A stretch of DNA of 64,000 bases from an uncultured delta proteobacterium (lineage in GTDB: Bacteria > Desulfobacterota > Binatia > Binatales > Binataceae): positions 1,760,001 through 1,824,000 of the forward strand of contig CAWEEQ010000004.1 of the NCBI GenBank assembly GCA_963808235.1, in the 5' to 3' direction. Below are positions 60,736 to 64,000 of this stretch, piece by piece. The stretch's first letter is position 1. Each line of letters begins with the position of its first letter. A program made the position numbers and the translations under genes. The notes beneath the pieces were generated by a model that did no database searches, was not told the DNA's origin, and worked only from the letters and a program-made list of their open reading frames with translations.

Positions 60736-61875
60736 GTGGCACTAGTTCTCAACGACGAACAAATCATGCTGCGCGACAATGCGCGCGGCTTTTTGAGCAA
60801 GAACGCTCCAATCGCACATCTGCGCCAACTTCGCGACGGCCGCGACGCCGACGGCTTCTCGCGCGCACTCTGGAAAAACTTCGTCGATATGGGATGGGCG
60901 GGAATCCTGGTGCCGCAGGAATACGGCGGACTCGGACTCGGCCACGTCGAAGCCGGCGTGGTCATGGAGGAGCTCGGGCGCACGCTCACGCCATCGCCGT
61001 TTCTATCGACCGCGCTGATTGCGGCAAATGCTCTTGCACGCGCGGGAAACGAGAAGCAGAAGCGCGAATACCTGGCGAAAATTGTGGCGGGCGATTTGAT
61101 CGGGACGCTTGCCGTCGATGAAAGCGCAAAGCATCGGCCCGAAAAAACGGCGATGACTGCGACGCGCTCCGGGAGCGGCTTTGCTCTGAATGGCACCAAG
61201 ACTTTCGTGCTCGACGGTCACGTCGCGAATCTTTTTATCGTGGCTGCGCGAACTGCCGGCAACCCGGGCGAAACGAAGGGCCTGACCCTGTTTCTCGTGG
61301 ATTCAAGCGCGAAAGGAATTCGCGCCGAACGCACTCCGATGGTCGATACTCATAACGCGGCGCGGGTGAAGTTCGAAAATGTGAACGTCGCGGCCGATCA
61401 CGTGCTCGGCGAAGTCGACGCGGGTTGGAAATCGCTCGAGGGCACGCTCAACGTCGCGCGCGCAGCAGTCGCGGCAGAATTGATAGGTGCGGCCGAGGAG
61501 GCATTCGGCCGGACTGTGAGCTACTTGCGCGAGCGCAAGCAATTCGGCCGGCTGATCGGCGAGTTCCAGGCATTGCAGCATCGCGCCGCCAATCTCTATT
61601 GCGAGCTGGAAGTCAGCCGCTCCGCAGTGCTGAAGGCGCTGCAGATGCTGGACGAGTCGTTCGATTCGGCGAGAGCGATCGTCTCGGTGGCAAAGGCGAG
61701 AGCCGGGCAAAGCGCGACGCTCGCAGTCAATGAAGCGGTGCAGATGCACGGCGGAATCGGGATGACCGACGAGTTCGACATCGGCTTGTTCATGAAGCGA
61801 GTGCGGGTCGGGCAAGAGCTTTTCGGCGACGCGAATTTTCACGCCGATCGGCTGGCACGGCTGAACCGCTACTGA
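60736..61875 (+). CDS. Acyl-CoA dehydrogenase, partner subunit of a PimC/PimD-like pair
   Basis: RKQFGRLIGEFQALQHR, QMHGGIG; lacks the C-terminal EGG motif; abuts the first subunit gene. Confidence 0.93.
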   Translation: MALVLNDEQIMLRDNARGFLSKNAPIAHLRQLRDGRDADGFSRALWKNFVDMGWAGILVPQEYGGLGLGHVEAGVVMEELGRTLTPSPFLSTALIAANALARAGNEKQKREYLAKIVAGDLIGTLAVDESAKHRPEKTAMTATRSGSGFALNGTKTFVLDGHVANLFIVAARTAGNPGETKGLTLFLVDSSAKGIRAERTPMVDTHNAARVKFENVNVAADHVLGEVDAGWKSLEGTLNVARAAVAAELIGAAEEAFGRTVSYLRERKQFGRLIGEFQALQHRAANLYCELEVSRSAVLKALQMLDESFDSARAIVSVAKARAGQSATLAVNEAVQMHGGIGMTDEFDIGLFMKRVRVGQELFGDANFHADRLARLNRY

Positions 61876-62088
61876 CGGCTACGTCTCCCCCCTTCTGCCC
61901 TGCGTCGGCGCTTCTACTCTTTCGGAACCTTCATTTCACACCGGAATATTTCCAGGCGCCCTACCCTGAAACTTCAGGGCACGACAGTTGCTCCTCTTCT
62001 TCCTTCGAGGGCATAGCGCCTTAAGCAAAGGAATAGAGGATTCATATCGGGACGCTTCGAGACCGATATCGCTGTAGATGAGATCGAT

Positions 62089-64000
62089 TTGCGCCTGGCC
62101 GCTGAGCGTGAGGTCGACGTTCTCCGTGCCGAACTGGCCGAGCAGGTCGCCGCACGGCATGAGGTGCAGGTCCGCCTCGAGCAAGAAATTGCGCAGCGCG
62201 ATCGGATCATTGCCGAGGGTGAGCAAACCGCATCGATGTTGCGCGAGAGCGAGGCAGCGCTGCGCCAACTATTCGACCAAAACCTCGACTCGATGGTGAT
62301 TCTCGACCTCGAAACCGGCAGATATATCGACATCAACGATGAGCACACCCGGAACAGCGGCTACAGCCGCGAAGATATGGTTGGTAAACGTTCACGCGAC
62401 CACCAGTCATTCAAAAATCCTGAGGATAACGAGCGCCTGGTCGCGGAACTTAAACGAGTCGGCCTGGTCAGGAACATGGAGGCGATCTTCGTCCGCAAGG
62501 ACGGGAGCAGCTACTGTTGCCTAATCTCCGCGATCAATCTGAGGCTGCGCGGACATCTGTGTTGCATCACGATCGCGCGTGATATCGGCGCGCTCAAGGA
62601 TAGTCAGGTTCAACTAATCGCCGCCCGCGAGGCTGCGCTCGAAGCCTCGCAGGCCAAAGACCGCATAATAGCCGAGGGCGAGCTGACCGCGGCCAAGTTG
62701 CGCGAGAGCGAGACGGCGCTGCGCCAGCTATTCGATCAGAACCTGGATTCCATGATGATTCTGAATCTCGAAACCGGCAGGTATATCGATATCAACGATG
62801 AGTACAGCCTGAACAGCGGCTACAGTCGGGAAGAGGTCGTCGGCAAGCGCTCACGCGAACTCTCGTCATTCGAATACCCTGAGGAAAACCGTCGCCTGGT
62901 CGCCGAGCTCAAACGAGTTGGCCTGGTCAGGAACATGGAGGCGACCTTCCGCCGCAAGGACGGCAGCACTTACTCCGGCCTGATTTCCGCGATCAATCTA
63001 CATTTCCGCGGACATCTATGCTGCATCACGATCACTCGCGATATCGGCGCGCTCAAGGAAACGCAGCGTCAGCTAATCGCCGCGCGCGAAGCGGCGCTCG
63101 AAGGATCGCGGGCCAAGTCTGACTTCCTCTCGAGCATGTCGCACGAGATTCGCACCCCGATGAACGCAGTGCTCGGGATGGCCGACATGCTCTGGGAAAG
63201 CGATCTGACCGACGAGCAACGCCGTTACCTCGATATCATGCGCAACAACGGCGAGACCCTGCTCAGTCTGATCAACGACATCCTGGATCTCGCAAAGGTC
63301 GAGAGCGGGCAGCTCAGCTTCGAGGAAGTTGACTTTGACATTCGGGAGCTGGTCGAGACGGCCGCGGAGACGATGGCGATGCGCGCGCATGAGAAGCATC
63401 TCGAACTCGCCGGGCATGTGGCGTCCGACGTGCCGCACAACCTGGTCGGCGATCCGCTGCGGCTGCGCCAGGTGCTTGTCAATTTGCTAAGCAACGCGGT
63501 CAAATTCACCGACCGCGGCGAGATCGTGCTCCGCGTCGAGAGGGCGCATCAAGATTCAGGCGCCGGCACCGCCAATATAAAATTTTCGGTGACCGACACG
63601 GGTATAGGAATCCCGCCCGACAAAACCGATTCGATCTTCGGCGCATTCACGCAGGCCGATTCCTCGACGACGCGAAAGTATGGCGGCACCGGACTAGGGC
63701 TCACGATCGTCCGCCGCCTGGTTGAGATGTACCACGGCCAGGTCACCGTCGAGAGCGAGGTCGGTAAGGGCAGCACCTTCAGCTTCAACGCCGAGTTCAA
63801 GACCCGCGCTGCCCCTGCGACGGCAGCACTTGCCGCGGCGGTCGTGGACCTGGCCGGCATGCGAATTCTGGTCGTCGACGACACCGCCGCCAACCGAATG
63901 ATCCTGATCGAGGCGCTCACTTCCCAGGGCGTTGTGGTTACCTCTGCCGAGAGCGGCCAAGGTGCGCTGGACGAAATCGATCGGGCCGCGGCCGCCGGCG
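62089..64000 (+). CDS. Hybrid PAS-PAS histidine kinase with receiver (3'-partial; absent from ORF track)
   Basis: Frame open from 62017 to the window end: two PAS modules, AKSDFLSSMSHEIRTPMN, NLLSNAVKFT, DTGIGI, FTQADSSTTRKYGGTGLGL, RILVVDD; start uncertain. Confidence 0.9.
   Translation, partial: MRLAAEREVDVLRAELAEQVAARHEVQVRLEQEIAQRDRIIAEGEQTASMLRESEAALRQLFDQNLDSMVILDLETGRYIDINDEHTRNSGYSREDMVGKRSRDHQSFKNPEDNERLVAELKRVGLVRNMEAIFVRKDGSSYCCLISAINLRLRGHLCCITIARDIGALKDSQVQLIAAREAALEASQAKDRIIAEGELTAAKLRESETALRQLFDQNLDSMMILNLETGRYIDINDEYSLNSGYSREEVVGKRSRELSSFEYPEENRRLVAELKRVGLVRNMEATFRRKDGSTYSGLISAINLHFRGHLCCITITRDIGALKETQRQLIAAREAALEGSRAKSDFLSSMSHEIRTPMNAVLGMADMLWESDLTDEQRRYLDIMRNNGETLLSLINDILDLAKVESGQLSFEEVDFDIRELVETAAETMAMRAHEKHLELAGHVASDVPHNLVGDPLRLRQVLVNLLSNAVKFTDRGEIVLRVERAHQDSGAGTANIKFSVTDTGIGIPPDKTDSIFGAFTQADSSTTRKYGGTGLGLTIVRRLVEMYHGQVTVESEVGKGSTFSFNAEFKTRAAPATAALAAAVVDLAGMRILVVDDTAANRMILIEALTSQGVVVTSAESGQGALDEIDRAAAAG

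Overview
GC-rich bacterial chromosomal window with about 65 CDS and one tRNA. Gene content and repeat style suggest a Candidatus Binatota / deltaproteobacteria-like organism (inference only). Housekeeping and metabolic genes: pip, pgeF, uvrA, RluA-family synthase, comF, purM-purN, grxC, SDRs, CoA-transferase, enoyl-CoA hydratase, TPP enzyme, extradiol dioxygenase and a paired acyl-CoA dehydrogenase. Efflux: EmrAB-type, RND with TolC, and a TetR-HlyD-ABC system. Signalling: a KaiA-less kaiC-kaiB-kaiB-PAS kinase cluster and several two-component genes. The most unusual structure is at 43747-44599, where a small stand-alone GIY-YIG nuclease gene sits among four copies of a ~40-bp palindromic element (AAAGATCCGGGGTCCCTCGGCT...CGCTCGGGATGACAC). 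Two of these copies are followed by arrays of degenerate 15-bp units that resemble the element's own terminus, and solo copies of the element occur elsewhere in the window. This is a candidate nuclease-driven REP/REPIN-like system. A second repeat-rich accessory zone (6085-8580) holds a nested MITE, a covarying two-hairpin repeat and small unannotated ORFs. Other notable items: two +1 frameshifts at the identical motif TCGAACGTCGA, a tRNA-Arg(UCG) abutted by a PD-(D/E)XK-like gene, a DksA/TraR protein with an acidic plus AT-hook tail under a sigma54-like promoter, and a 53-aa ArfA-like basic ORF. No database searches were run, so all family calls rest on motif recognition.
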